64,000 nt of DNA from Camelus dromedarius (Eukaryota), in NCBI RefSeq assembly GCF_036321535.1, contig NC_087437.1, positions 113,586,001 through 113,650,000 on the forward strand. The letters run 5' to 3'. Both the position numbers and the translations under genes were made by a program. Positions 50,751 to 64,000 of the stretch are shown piece after piece; within the stretch, counting starts at the first letter, position 1, and each line of letters starts with the position of its first letter. The notes below the pieces were generated by a model, which searched no databases, was not told the origin of the DNA, and saw only the letters and a list, made by a program, of their open reading frames with translations.

Positions 50751-53700
50751 CCAGAGGAAGCCCTGGGGTCAGTGGGTTTTAAGGGTTCCCCAACCCTCCA
50801 GCCGGGTTCCAATGTGCAGCATCTCATGACTTTCCCCCTATCCTGTGGTCCATAGAGGTCTTCATCCACCAATCAATGACAACCCACTTTCTCCCCAAGG
50901 ATCTGATCATTGATCCAATTATGGGTTTGCTGCAAATGGAAATTAACGTCATTTGCCCTTCTATTTATTTTTGCTTTTCCCGCTGAAATGGCTATTATGG
51001 TTACATGCGCCATACAAGAATTGTGGTAATGTTGTCTCTAAATTAATTTCCACCTAAGAGTTTTCGATTTTCACTTTTCGTGGTGATGGAGGCTACCAAC
51101 AAGGAAACAGCAATTACGGTAAATGGTTCTCATCACTCAAGCCGGCTGATGAGATGCAGAGGGGACGGGGCAGGAGCCTGAGAGTGAGGGCACGTCTAAA
51201 AAACATATATTTAGACAATTATCTAGTTTCTTCAGTAACTGGGAAAAAAAATCTTTAGGCTGTAATTCAAAGTCACAGATGTGTTTTCTAACATTGTGTT
51301 TTGTTTTTCGGCTGAGCTTTGAGTTGGAAGGAGGGGATGATGGGTGAAGTCCTCTTACCTGGCCACTGTGAGCGCATCACTCTCCTAAACGTGTCAGCAT
51401 CAGCGGGGGAGGCTGAGTCCTCCCAAAAGCCTCTGGACTTGGGGGCCCTTGTGATGCTGTGGACTCACCCTTTTGTAGGCGTGCCCAAGGCATGCAAGAG
51501 TCATTTCTGGTGTTGCGCTGAACAGGTCTAATTTAATGTTTTACACAAAAGGATTCTCCTGCCCCGTGGTGGTATAAAGTGAGTGACACACGGTCATGTT
51601 AAGTAAAATGCTGAGGCGTGATGTCAGTGTAACAGCAAGGGTGACTAACTGATCCCAGTACCAGGATCCTCGGAGACCCCCGGCAGCATCCTAAACGTTT
51701 GATTGAAGGGCTGCTATTGGGAGGCTGCCGGAACCAGGCTGTACTCTCCTAGGGCTGCGGGCATTTGTTTCCAAGGCAGCTTCCATCAAAGACAATTGCA
51801 ATTCACCATGTCACATAATTGCCTGATCCAGAGAAACAGCCTCTTTTTTACTTCAGATTAGAATCAGCTTGGAGGCCTCCTGAACACAGCTGCTAAGTCT
51901 GGCCAAGCTAGAGCGTCAGGGATCAGTGGAAGGCTCCCTGCCCCGAAGCCCTTTCTCTCCAGAGCATGGACGTCCTGGAACAATACTGATCAGCCTTTTT
52001 GGGCTGCTGAATTTCCGTCCCCAGCCCTACACCCTGGCTGCATCCTTCTGCAACCTTCCTGGGTCCACACGGTCCTCAGGAGGCGGGCTGCAGAGACGTC
52101 ACTCAGATCTAGGACTGCGTCCTAGTCTGGCTGTTGTGTCTGAGCAGGTGGGTTGGTTCTAAGTTCTTGGCAGGGCCTGGAGATCCTTCCAGAGCAACGC
52201 AACCGTCCACGGGGTCCCTTAGGTCTGAGAGGCAGGATGGGACCATCAGAAGGGATGCTGGGAACTTTAAGAAATGGAGGTTGTAGTTTAAAGGCCCCTT
52301 TGGCATGACTCTCTGAAGGGTCCAAATCTGGACCCTCTGAAAGCAGTGACTCGTGGAGCCATTAGCGGAGAGGCCCCCAGTGGAAGCGGGAGGCTGTGCC
52401 ACCGTTGGCAAGAGTGATGCCCTTCATCCTCACAGGGGCCAGATCCATTCTTGAGCTCACCTGCTCTCAGGTGGCCTCCCTGTGGCTCCATTTTCAACTC
52501 AAGGCTAAAACTGTCTAGAATGTTCTTTCATGCTTAGTCCAGCTGACAGTACTGGTAGGGGGGTGCATAGGAGGGCAGCCACATGACTTGCTCCCAGGCC
52601 CCCAGGTGGTCTTCAGGGAGAAAGTTTCTGGAACATTCTAACACTGCTGCAGGGCATCCATGGAGCATGTACTACAGTGAGAGGGTGGCCTGACCTGGGG
52701 GAAAAGTTTATGGACTGAAGGTAAGAAACTGCCCTTTGTGATTTGAAAAAGGTAACACCGACAGAAAGCTCTCTCACTTCTGTGCTTTGTCCCCTCCTGA
52801 GTGAGTGCTAAATCCGTGTGTATTAGGAAGCGGCCTTATTTAGGTTTCCATCCAGCTAAAAGAATTCAGCAACCACACAGGCAATTCTGCACTAGATCTT
52901 AGAGTGGTGAAATCAAGAACGAAAAGTTCTCTCTCCCTGTTTAGAAACTCCTGAGCAGAGAGGTCTAAGTCAGACCTTTCGTATCACGGTTTCCTTCTGT
53001 CTGAAGAGGAAGGTTACTTTTCATTTATCTCTTGTGCCCTTTGAAGTACAAGCCTCTGTCTGCTTAATGCCCTAAACCAGAGAGAAGATGGTGAATTCCT
53101 TTTACATTAAACAACTCCAAGTCTGGAAAAGCAGTGATATTTCTAAACAAGTAAACCCAGCCATGACTTTGGCTTTTGCAAAGCTCGAGATGGTTATCCA
53201 GGACTGTGGCTAACGGAACAAAAATCTAAGGTGCATCTAGCAAGGAGCTGATGGAGGTGCCTGGAAACCCTCTGGAGGGTCGTCCAGCCATAAACCCACC
53301 TCCTCTTTGAATCCATTTTATCCACAAGGCAGTCTGCCTCCTTCAGGTGCTGAGAAAAAAAAGTGAAAGGGAGTCGGGAGAAAGAGGGGGCAGAAAAGGG
53401 GGAGGAAAGATGAAACAAGGAGAAATAGCAAAAGGAAATGAAAAGAACTTTATTGCTCAGTTCCTTCTGCTGCCTGACCCAATTATCAGATTTTGCATAT
53501 AAGTTTAAGACAGTAGATCAAACAGCAAGAGGCACTTTGTGCTTCTGCCAGGAGACCATATGATATCTCTCAGTGACTCTCCTGCACGCCAGGAATACGG
53601 AACCATGCCTCTCAGCCGGGTCTGCACATGGTGTGATGTGCAAAAAAATAGCAAAATTCATAAGTGACTACACTCATGGATGATGTCCAGAATTTACGGT

Positions 53701-54699
53701 ACTTTATCAGTTCAAGGAAAAAAAAAAAAAAGGCAAAGCACGATCTAATTATAACTCTCCACAAATAAGTCAAAAGTAGAATGAGAACTGAAAGAAAAAC
53801 AAAAGGAGTGTGTCATGCTTACTCTGCAAAACTGATCATCTTCAGGCTTGTTTTTATGTGATGCAGAACGTTTTACAAGGTATGGGTCATATCTGTTCTG
53901 GGTATTTGGTCGTGGCATGCGATGGCCACGTGTATCCTCCATGAATGCAGAGGCCTGGATGGCAGACGTGAACTTCTTTGAGCCGTTATGGCTGCCTCCT
54001 GAGAGAATTAGTCAAAGAACATCCTTTGCTGTGTATGGAGATGGTTTACGTGGGCTGTGCATGCTATTTAAGTGGTTTTCATGCCTTTGGACCAGGATTT
54101 GTCTTTGTGCAGCTAAATGAATAGATGCACTGGGAAGGGCACTTCTCCATTTTCAGAATCATGGTAAGTACTGAGAAATCATGATTCCACTCCAGGACTG
54201 GGAGTTTGCGGGGAGATGGGGCAGAAGGATGTTCTAATCTGCGCAGTAGCAAGTTGGGAAGCACTAGGGGTGAGCTGCCCTCCATGGATGGCGGTGGAAG
54301 TAGCATCACTCACTTCTCCAAGTTAATATTCAGCTAATACTCTTTAGAGATTCTTCAAATTCAGCCCTTTCTCTGGGAAAAGACAACTGATGGAGCATGG
54401 AAATAATTTACATTGCTTTGTTCTGATGCTGGGTGGCTGGGTGTTTAGAGACTGACCTCAGAAGTCATCTCCTCTGGGAGCCTCTCCAGCCCCCACTGTC
54501 CTTCACCCTGGAGGAAAAGCTCACTTCCAACTATGTCTTTACCCTGGGTTCCTCATTTGTCAGAGGTCCTGTTGGGCTTTGCTCCAGCTATTCATTTGTG
54601 GGTTTTATTTTTTACATCTCTGAACTCATTCAGTCCTTGCAATGAGGTTGGCACCATGATCACGCCCATTTACAGAGTGTTCTAGACTCCACCACACAC

Positions 54700-54836
54700 T
54701 GGTGGACAATGTAGGCTCATGTATCAAGATGTGAACAGTTAGCCATCCTGGGTGAAGAGTATGCAGAAGTCCTTTGTACTACTCTTGCAACTTTCCTGTA
54801 CATTCAACTCATTTCAAAATAAAAAGTTAAAAAAAG
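54700..54836 (+). mobile_element. Old L1 (L1MC/MD-type) 3' end among MIR fragments
   Basis: ctgggtgaagagtatgcagaagtcctttgtactactcttgcaactttcctgta...tttcaaaataaaaagttaaaaaa. Confidence 0.8.
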
Positions 54837-55474
54837 TCTCAGGGGTTAGATAATTCTGGACTTCAGTACCAGCTCCATTGCTTACCAGCTGTGTGTAAAC
54901 TAAGAATTTTTCATAGATCAGCCCACTCAATCTTCATCATCCTATAAGGTGAGCTAGGTATTATGTATTTATTCCAACCCTACCCATGAGGAAACTGAGG
55001 CTCAGTAGGGACTGAAGAACTTGTCCAAAAAGCTGGTGCTCATGTATACCACATGGGTTATCCACAGTCTGAACTGACTTATTAACATAGTTTTACACTC
55101 CCTGGAGCTCTGAAGAAAAGAAATACAATGTGGGGTCAATTTTTTTCCAGCAAAGAACATTTTGTGGAACACATAGTAGCTTCCAACCAAGACTCCGAAC
55201 TGAAGAGATGTGGCATGTAGCTTGAAATTCCTTAACTTCTCTTGATTTATTTCTAGATAACAGATCAATAAGGAGACTCTAGGAAAGGCTAAACCTTTGG
55301 AACTTTGTTAACTTTATCCTTTCCTCTTAATCATTACAGCTTAAAGAATGATAACTCTTTTATTTTATCTTAAGATAAAAGATACCTTATTATCTTGATG
55401 GCTCTAATCACCTTCCAGGCACACATTTAAAATTTTTGTTACCCTTTCTTCCTTCCACCCACTGTCCAGCCCTC

Positions 55475-55590
55475 TCTCCATCCATTCAACCATCATCCAC
55501 CCATCAATCTATGCATCTATCCATCAGTCCATCCATCCGCCAACCCCATCCATCCATCCAATTATCCATCCATCCTTCCATCATCCATTA
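55475..55590 (+). repeat. Degenerate (CATC)n tetranucleotide repeat, probably the tail of an adjacent antisense L2
   Basis: Repeat seen directly; followed by L2-like tgcactatgagcaaggtctttgttagag. Confidence 0.8.
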
Positions 55591-58500
55591 GGTATGATGC
55601 ACACTATGAGCAAGGTCTTTGTTAGAGGGAAGGTGCATGTCTTGCCTTCACTGAGTTGAAGAAGGAGATGCATGCATCAACAAACATAAAGAAGGAGGCA
55701 AACTCCAGTAGTTCAGAGGAGAGAGAAATGGTTCTTCTATGAGGCTCATGAATTGCAACAATCAAACCTCAAGGACCACATATTTCACAGAACAAGCATA
55801 ACAACATGGTGTGTGGTTCACCAGCTCCTTATGAAGGATTTCTGTGGCCTGCCTAGATGGAACAGAACATTGCACTGATGTCTTCACTGGAAGAACGCTT
55901 TCTGGGACGATTTTAATGACCCTTTGTAGGGTTGTAACTGATCACTTAGAGGTTATAATTTTCTAAATATATCTCAGAAGAATTTCTCCTAAACACAATA
56001 ACAGGCCAACATTTAAGTTGATGTGGCATTTTTATATTCACTACTCAGATCTTTACCTAGTTTATTCCATGTATATGGCACCTGGATAAGCTCATTTTTC
56101 ATAGAGAAACTGGAAATCTCATTGCCCATTGCTGCAACTTCCAGGTGATTGATGAAATATTGAACTAGAGAGCTCAACAATGACGTCTGGGGCCTGGAAT
56201 GAATAGTTTTCATCTAGAGATACGTCCCTTCGGTCCCTGCCTCTGTACCAATGTTCTATAGTAAACTATCTTCCAATTCCATGGTGATTAAAGAAACAGA
56301 AGTTTTAACTCAGTTCTGTGGCCCATTTATTTACTCACTTATTGTCCACCTAAAGAAGTTTATAATATGCATTGCCCTAAAAAGCAAACACATGAAAATA
56401 GCCCAAAGCACACCTGTGTTCCCCTTGCGGGCAAACGCAATGTTTATTTTGTGATGGGTGAAATGAGTTATGTGTTACCATCACTAGAGACATTTTCTAT
56501 TTGACACAATTCCATTGTGAATCCTATCACAAATAAATATCACACTTGATTGATCTCTTATGCAAATCAGGTGTTTCTATGTTTCGTTTGCTATTTGCTA
56601 CAGACTATCCTATGGTGGATAAGTGAGGTATGACTTTTTACTTAAAGGAAAAAGTGGTTTGGGATTTTGCACTGATCAGCTCTGCAGGCTGATGGGAAGG
56701 CCCATTCAGTTGGTGCTGTGTGACCTTGGCTACAGTCATTATTTACTGGGCCCGTTCTCTTAGACGTCTTGTGTCATCCAGTTGCATGTGTGGGATGTGC
56801 GGGTCAAAGCTCCTATTACTTCCTTTAACCTCTTCTTCCTCAGCATCTCGCTCTGGAGGTATCACTGACCTACTACCTTTACGTTAGTGACTCACAAGTC
56901 TACGTCTTCAGCCCAGAACTCTTTCCCTGAACTTCTATACCTAACTTTCCAGAGGCACTTGAGAGCTCTATTTGTTTATTTCATGGGACCCTCAAAACCA
57001 GTATATCCAAAACCAAGTGCATCACTTGGATGGCTTCCCTGTCTCATTGAATGTTGCCATGTTATGTCTCTTTCCCCTTAGATCTATCTCCCAGAGAGTA
57101 GCTTGCTTTCAGTCCTGCATTCTTATGCCTAAAGAAAGGAGGCAGATGTGGGGATCTTTAATTCCTGCCCCTTAACTCCTTAGAAGATATCCCCACCATG
57201 GTTCTTGTGATGTTGTATTGCAATGAGTAGTGCATTTGATCGTCTCCTTTGCTGTACAATAATCATGCCAAAGGTATATTATTGACTGTGCTTTTTTTCC
57301 CTTGGATCCAGTGTGGTCATGTGTGGGAATTTTTTGTATGTGAATTTTACAGTATTACACAGATACAAGCTCTTTCTAACAAGTCATTTATTTTCTCTTA
57401 TTGTTACTCTTTTAAATTTTGCATTTGTTGATGTAAAAATGCTTTATTACAGATCCAATCTATTCTTCAGTGTATTCATCATTACAATCCTCTTATAAAT
57501 CCCAAGTGCTAGCTTGATTTACAGAGAGAACAATGGTGGCTTCCTTTAATGTCATGGAGAACGCAGCCTGGAGTTCTTTCATATAAGACCTTATTTCCAA
57601 ATGTCATCTCCCGCCAGGGCAAGTGGCTCATCTGACACTGTTAGCTTCTAAGTAGGATTTTAAGCCTCTTTTCAAGAGGGGAAAACTGAGCAGTTCCATT
57701 CCTCTGTATACTCATAGAAGCCACTCTGCATTTATTATCCCAGTATTTCTAATGAATGTGGAGTTTTGGCCTGGATTACCCAAGGAGTTGCATCAAACCC
57801 TCTCTTTGCCTCCATGTGTAGATAAAACTTTAGACCATCCCACCTCTTTTTTGATTCACTTTTCAAAATTGTTTTTCTCTGTGTTTATAAAAGCTAAGCA
57901 CAAAGAGATGAACAAATTGATTGTATTTCTTATTGATATGCCTGATGGTTGCCATCTTAATGATCACGTGGGCAAGACTGTGCAAAACCTGGACCTTCAG
58001 AGGACAGAACGAAGAGTCACCTCCATGCAGGTGTCTGGGGCTGCTGATGACACAGAGTCCGTACCAGCTGAAGGCTCGCCCGCACTCTGCCAAGGAACTC
58101 TTCTGAAACTAGGGCAAGCTTTGCATGAAACCCCATTTTCAAACCGAAACCATGAAAAAAAATGGTGGTTCAGTGTGGTTTTTACTCAAAACCAGGTGAT
58201 GCTTTGTGGTTCAGCCACGTTTTGACTTGAAGCCAGAGAGAGCTCTCTGTGTTTGGCTGGATCTTGTTTTATGTTTCATGATCCATTTGGTTTTGTTTCC
58301 CAAATCTGAAATCTGGGGTTCAGATGAGGGGTGCAAAATGAATCAAACAAAGGTGGCATGAGATCTGGTGCAGATAAAGACAGTGCTAGGTTTATAAGGG
58401 CCACGCCACTCTCCAGTGTTACTGTCTGCTCCTGTTTTGTTTCAACGTTTCTTCTGGAAAGTATCTTCTGCACACTAAATAGTTCCCTGGGATTTTCTTT

Positions 58501-58659
58501 AAAGGAGCAGAATTCTTAACACTATACAAAAAAGGCAAAGCCTATCTTGCTCTTGTATTTTCTAATCAGTCCATTAATAAATCTGTTTCTTCAGGTCAGC
58601 CATTAAAATATTTGGAGAAAACATTTTAAGCAACAGGCTGTGACATCATGTATACATGT

Positions 58660-58785
58660 CCTGCTTTAAACTTCTACTCTGTGTTGGGTACTTTAACTGC
58701 TTAAATTCTCACAAGGTATCACAGTATTTTACAGATGAGGAAACTAGGGTCAGAGCGATTGGATAAACTGCCCATATACCAAAAG
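58660..58785 (-). mobile_element. MIR fragment
   Basis: tattttacagatgaggaaactagggtcagagcgattggataaactgccca. Confidence 0.8.
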
Positions 58786-60161
58786 GGAAGGCAAGCAAGC
58801 GTAACAGTAGGCAGACCCAGCCAAGAAGTGGGAGGGGCAAATGTTGCACCCAGGTCTTCCTCTAGGTCTTCCTACTGTATCATGTTGCTTAGAAATAGCC
58901 CAAAGGTCTGTCCTCCAAGAGCCTTTAACTTGAAGAAAGATTCAAAATATATACCTAAAACCATAGCACGTAGTGGAAAACGCTGTGTCATAAGAGTTGT
59001 CCAGATGGCAAATGTCTGAGTTCAGAGGAGAGGAGTGCTCACTTCCATACACCATATCATATGTCAATTGTATCTCAATAAAGCTAGAAAAACTCTTGGT
59101 GAAAACAGGGACATTTTGGACCCCAAAGAGTAGTTGGGTGAAAGGGAAGGATAGTCATGGGGGGAAACAGGGTGGGTAAACTCACAGAAATCAGAGGTTT
59201 TGTGGTTGAAGTGTGGGTTATAAAGGAGAGCTGAGGAAAATAACTTTGGATGGAAAGGTTGGAACTAAATCTCAGAGGGTCTTGGTTTTACGACCAATGA
59301 CTTTTATTCCACCTGCAGAGGAAAGTCATTGAATATCTTTGAGTTGATAATTCACAAATTCAGGGCAAAAGGCAGGCAAAAGCCTATGATTTAACTCTGA
59401 GAATTACTTGGGTCTCACTGGAAATTGAGATGAGGATGAAATAATTCAATAATTGGGCTTTAAAAAAATCCACTGAAGGAAAACTCATCATCCATATACT
59501 GTTTGAGATCAACAGTGAGATACACTTGAAATTACAGAATAATATCAAGCTCTTGTTTGCACTTTGAAGTTAGAATTTATTAGCATGTATTTAGAAGGAA
59601 AACATTCTCAACTGCCTATTTTTCCAAACTGAAAAATAGCTCCAAACTTATGGGCTCTTTCTTCTTCCCCCATTATTATCCCATCCTCCATCCTGCCAGA
59701 GACAAAAGAAATTAAATTTAAATTCTCCCTAATGAGAGATACAAAACACTAAAGGATAAGATTTGGTCAAGTAGGATTGAGTTTTGGAGGGTCACAAACC
59801 ATTGTGATATCAAAAATTTTATTCACCCCCTGAGAACCAATCTCTGTCCCCTTGGGTTCCATATTGCTCCCATTGGGAAGCCATGATGTAGACCCAAGCT
59901 TGCTTTGGCACGCCGTTTCCATAAACACAATGGAAGCGCTAATGTCTGGTGAAGTCCGTATTACAGAAGGGAGGAGAGAAACAGTCTCCAAGCCTGTTAG
60001 GCTGACAGTTGTCAGAGATGCCACCTGAGGGTTTAACTGTAAAGATCAGAGGGAGAATGCAGAGAACGGTCAGGGAGGGCAATCTGACTGGAGCATCATG
60101 GTCAGTAACATGTTGGTTGATTCTGCTTCCCTTTTGCTGCCAGGTCTTCCTATAAAATAAC

Positions 60162-60186
60162 TTTTTTTTTTTTTTTTTTTTTTTTT
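60162..60186 (+). repeat. Poly(T)25 homopolymer
   Basis: Seen directly. Confidence 0.95.
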
Positions 60187-61729
60187 ACCAAGCATTCTGC
60201 CAGGTGATGGCAGTGGGGAAGTCAAGAAAATGCTGTAAGTCCCACAAAACACAGCATGAAAGCGGTCATCAATGTAATATCCTTCTGAAGCTCTGCAATG
60301 TTACTGGCTCTCCTTTCTACCTCAAGCATAGGACAAGAAGCCCAGTTTTATTGTGCTGTTGTTTGTACTTTCACAGGAAGAGAAAATATTGTCAAACTGG
60401 AGGTTCTATTTTTTTTTTTTTTTACTAGAATAACAAGATGTCCCTGGGAGAACATTACTTTATTGGAAGATTTTTTTTTTTTTTAAACTCGTCTACCACA
60501 GCTTCACATATTTCGTAGCTGTGTGTTTCCTGGTTAAATAGCATTACACTTTTCAACATTTGCTGCTCATTTTGTGGGCCAGATCAGGGCTAGGAAACGG
60601 CAGTATTTAAGAACAGCTGTAGAGGGTACTTAAGGGATGGTCTGATGTTTCTGCTGGTTCTGCTGATAAAGTGGGGGCTGCTTTATTATTTAAACCTTCC
60701 GCATGCTTGAAGCCTCCTTTTTCTGATACTGAAGCATGTCTTCCTAAGCCATGTGGACTCAAAAAGGAGTTTGTAGGTGGGCACGGGGTCTCTCCGGCCA
60801 GAGTTCTCTGACAAAAACAACACCATTATTCATCCGAGGCTAGGTGAGCTCCTCGGATCTTTTTGGAGACAGATGTTCTCCCATGAGTTGGAAAGAGCCA
60901 AGCGCCATCGTGGTTTCCACTCTCTCTAGCAGGGTCTGAGCCCTGAAGCCTCCAGCCGTGCATAGCTAACTGCGAGCCGCGGAGGCTCAACGATGCTGTC
61001 TATATTCCCACGCCCAAGTTCCAGAGTATCACCTGTGACCCGCACAGTCCATGGAATGAGAGAAAGATTCTTTCCAGGTTTTCTTTTGCCCTTAAACTTT
61101 ATATGCTGTAAACCTTAATTTTTTCCTGTAAGTCACAGTCTTTACGGCCAATGCATTTTTTTTTTTTTTTTTGGCATAGGTTGGCAACTCAGGGGTCAAT
61201 GCAATCACTCTCTATCATCATCATCAAACAATATTAGGAAAAATCTTTCTGTGGGTGCTTTACCAGATGCTCTTCAAGGAGAATTGTATAGGCAGGTACG
61301 TGGTTGGGAGGGGCTATGACCTCATTCAGGCAGATCTTGACAAACAAATGCTAACATGAAAACCAGAGGGCTGCTGTTCAGCCAGTCCGACAGGGGGTGG
61401 CCCGATACACATACGACACCTTCTTGCTGCCTTCCTTTCTGACTGGTTGTTAGTGCTCCTGTACCTGCTGCTCCACTTGTTGATGATCTTCCCTGAAAAC
61501 ACACATCTTTTCTGCTAAGTCTCCGTGCTGTCTGTTTTGAAGCCACCTCTGTTTTTAAGTGCCTTCGGTAGCACCCGGATGATGTTCACAGTCATAGAAA
61601 AATATCAACCTGGAAAAATTGGGCTAAGTCTTTCTCTCCTTGGTCCAAAAGCAACGTAATACAGAGCACAGGGCAGGACCAAGAGTCAGAAGAGCTGGCT
61701 CTGCATGGCGGGGCGGGGGGTGGAGTCAC

Positions 61730-61935
61730 CAGACTCTAGAACCAGGCGGCCTGGCTCCCAGCACAGCCCTGCCGTCCACTGGTGCAGGTGTGGGACAAGC
61801 TGCTTGCTGTGAGATAGAGTAATAATAACACCTACCCCGCAGGTTGTTGTCAGGATTAAATGAGTCAGTGTACAGAAAGGATTTAGGAGAGTGCCTGACT
61901 TGACATAAATGCCTCGCAAATATCTGCTGTTACTA
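61730..61935 (+). mobile_element. MIR SINE
   Basis: aataataacacctaccccgcaggttgttgtcaggattaaatgagtcagtgtacagaaaggatttaggagagtgcctgac. Confidence 0.85.
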
Positions 61936-62328
61936 CTTTGACCCTGGCTTTGTTACTGAGGGGCAGGTCTTGAACCCCTGTGGGTCTCTGCCTCTTCATA
62001 AGCACATGGGAGCTAAGTTCTCTGAAACCATTTCATCTTGTTAGTTTCTTTCTAAATGAGGCATCTTGCAAACACCTAGGGGTAAGTCATGGAAAGGAGG
62101 GGCTCACAGAACGTCATCAAAACAGCCTACTTTTCAGCTTGTATGGAGATGCTATAACTAAGAACTACACCGGGACAATGGGCATAAGCCAAGCTAGGTG
62201 ATCACCGCATAAAGAGCAGGCAATGTTGGGAGCCAAACACAGACGGGGTCCAGGAACTCTGCTTTGAAGATATGAAAGGTGGGTATTGTTTCAGGTTGCC
62301 AGGGTGGCATTTAAATAGCACACAATTG

Positions 62329-62852
62329 TGGATCGACAGATGACTGGATAAAGAAGTTGTGCTATATTTATACAATGGAATACTACTCAACCATAAAAAT
62401 GATAAAATAATGCCATTTGCAGCAACATGGATGGCCCTGGAGAATGTCATTCTAAGTGAAGGAAGCCAGAAAGAGAAAGAAAAATATCATGTGATATTAC
62501 TCATATATGAAATCTAAAAAAAAAAAAAAAACAAATGAACTTATATATAAAACAGAAACAGATTCACAGACATAGAATACAGACTTGTGGATGCCAAGGG
62601 GGAGGTGAGTGGGAAGGGATAAATTGGGAGTTCGAGATTTGCAGATACTGACTGGTGTATACAAAGTATATAAATAAGTTTTTACTGTATAGCACAGGGA
62701 ACTATATCCAATATCTTGTCATAGCTTACAGTGAAAAAGAATATGAAAATGAATATATGTATATTCATGTATGACTGAAGAATTGTGCAGTACACCAGGA
62801 ACTGACACAACATTGTAAACTAACTATACCTCAATAAGAAAAAAATTAAAAA
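62329..62852 (+). mobile_element. 5'-truncated lineage-specific L1 with a 16-bp TSD
   Basis: atcgacagatgactggataaagaag...aatgccatttgcagcaacatggatgg; TSD aaatagca(c/g)acaattg at 62313-62328 / 62853-62868. Confidence 0.94.
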
Positions 62853-64000
62853 AAATAGCAGACAATTGAAACAACAATTTCCAAAAAGATTGGTACTGTT
62901 CGGCCTCACACTTCTTTCAATGTCCTTCTTCCTTTATTTCCATCTCACAGGCAGAATAAGGACCAACATCACTCAAGAAACAGACTTGGACTAAAAATCA
63001 GTCATGCTGATTTTTATTTCTGCTGTGTTTTCTCTTCTAAAGCTACCTCCATGATCCCGGGAGAAACAGTTTTTCCCATTACTGATGGAAAGTTAAGTCT
63101 TCTCATAAGGAGGATTTCCCTTCCAGAAATTCAGAACGAGAAAAAGTTTCAGACAATGTGATTTTGTGCCAGCGAACAGCCCTTTCCAAAGCTTTGAATG
63201 GAATAATTTGTTTTTCACGGTTTATAGGTAGCAGATAAAACCTACATGGAAAAATGGACAGGGAGAAATGGAAAATAAGACACAGAATTTGGAATCGTAA
63301 GCTTAAAAAGCAATTTGTTTTATTTCAACTGTGCCCAGAAATAACTTGAGGTTAACAAGTGAGTATTTCTGCTGGAAGGATCAGCTACAATTAGGTCATC
63401 AACTTAGAGAAGACGTAGGCGGAAATTTAAACACCAAGCCTATCATTATAAAGGTACTTTATCAGCAGAACTGTCAGCTATGAATCGTTGACTTAAAATG
63501 ATTAAGAGACTAAAATACCAAAGAGGAAGATGAAGAGTTTGTAGAAAGACCCTGTTGAGATGCACAGCAGATGAGGGTCTAAATATGAGAAAGTTGCTTT
63601 ACTAACATTTCTTTGGGAGTGAGTTTTGACATCCTTGACTTCTATGTCAATTTGATGTGAAAAACCATAGATACTTGCTTCCTCTCGACATCCCTGTTCT
63701 GGCCACACAAACCCGGGCCACACATTTAATTCTGGTGGTGACAAAATGACAAATCTGTTGTTTAGGATAACTGAGACACAGTAATACTTCTCTGATTTCC
63801 CACAGAAAATTAGATGTGAAAAACTCTAACAGAACTATTTAAACTTCCCATTAACAATAAGCAATAAACCAATAAAAATATGGAAACTTTGGACCCTGGC
63901 ACCAAGAATAGATTCTGCATGGATTGTCTTAGCTCACCCAAGAATGGATTGATATATTTTTCTCCTGGAAGTATATTTAACTTAATATCTACCACAGCAT

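Noticed and set aside
52104..52336. Short hairpins (cagatctaggac...gtcctagtctg; agggtcca-aatc-tggaccct)
   Set aside because: Stems of 8-11 bp are expected by chance in 64 kb and too short for pre-miRNA.
56668..56720. Possible miRNA-like hairpin
   Set aside because: Pairing is short and interrupted, with no recognisable mature miRNA.
57752..58225. 157-aa ORF
   Set aside because: No recognisable motif or exon structure.
61465..61609. Minus-strand exon candidate
   Set aside because: Acceptable acceptor but weak donor (CAG|GTACAG), and stop codons interrupt the frames.
1..64000. CRISPR arrays, operons or prokaryotic defence systems
   Set aside because: The sequence is clearly mammalian; there are no regularly spaced repeats or dense ORFs.

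Overview
Mammalian, repeat-rich, apparently non-coding genomic DNA: either a large intron or an intergenic/gene-desert segment. Two short tRNA-derived SINEs resembling camelid Vic-1, a MER41-like LTR and artiodactyl-type L1 3' ends point to a camelid genome (alpaca/llama/camel). I saw no Alu, B1, Bov-A/BovB or PRE-1 elements. I cannot support any protein-coding gene, tRNA, rRNA or CRISPR array; the only ORFs with recognisable homology are broken LINE-1 ORF2 fragments. The window holds many MIR and L2 relics, several 5'-truncated L1s (some with clear target-site duplications, one with a twin-priming 5' inversion), MaLR/ERV solo LTRs, hAT-Charlie MITEs and microsatellites. These are separated by repeat-poor blocks rich in transcription-factor motifs that may be enhancers. 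The most unusual structure is a 74-bp inverted duplication with a nested 18-bp hairpin at 11.9-12.6 kb. I did not find convincing evidence of a new biological system. Repeat family names come from recalled consensus sequences, and boundaries are approximate unless a TSD fixes them.
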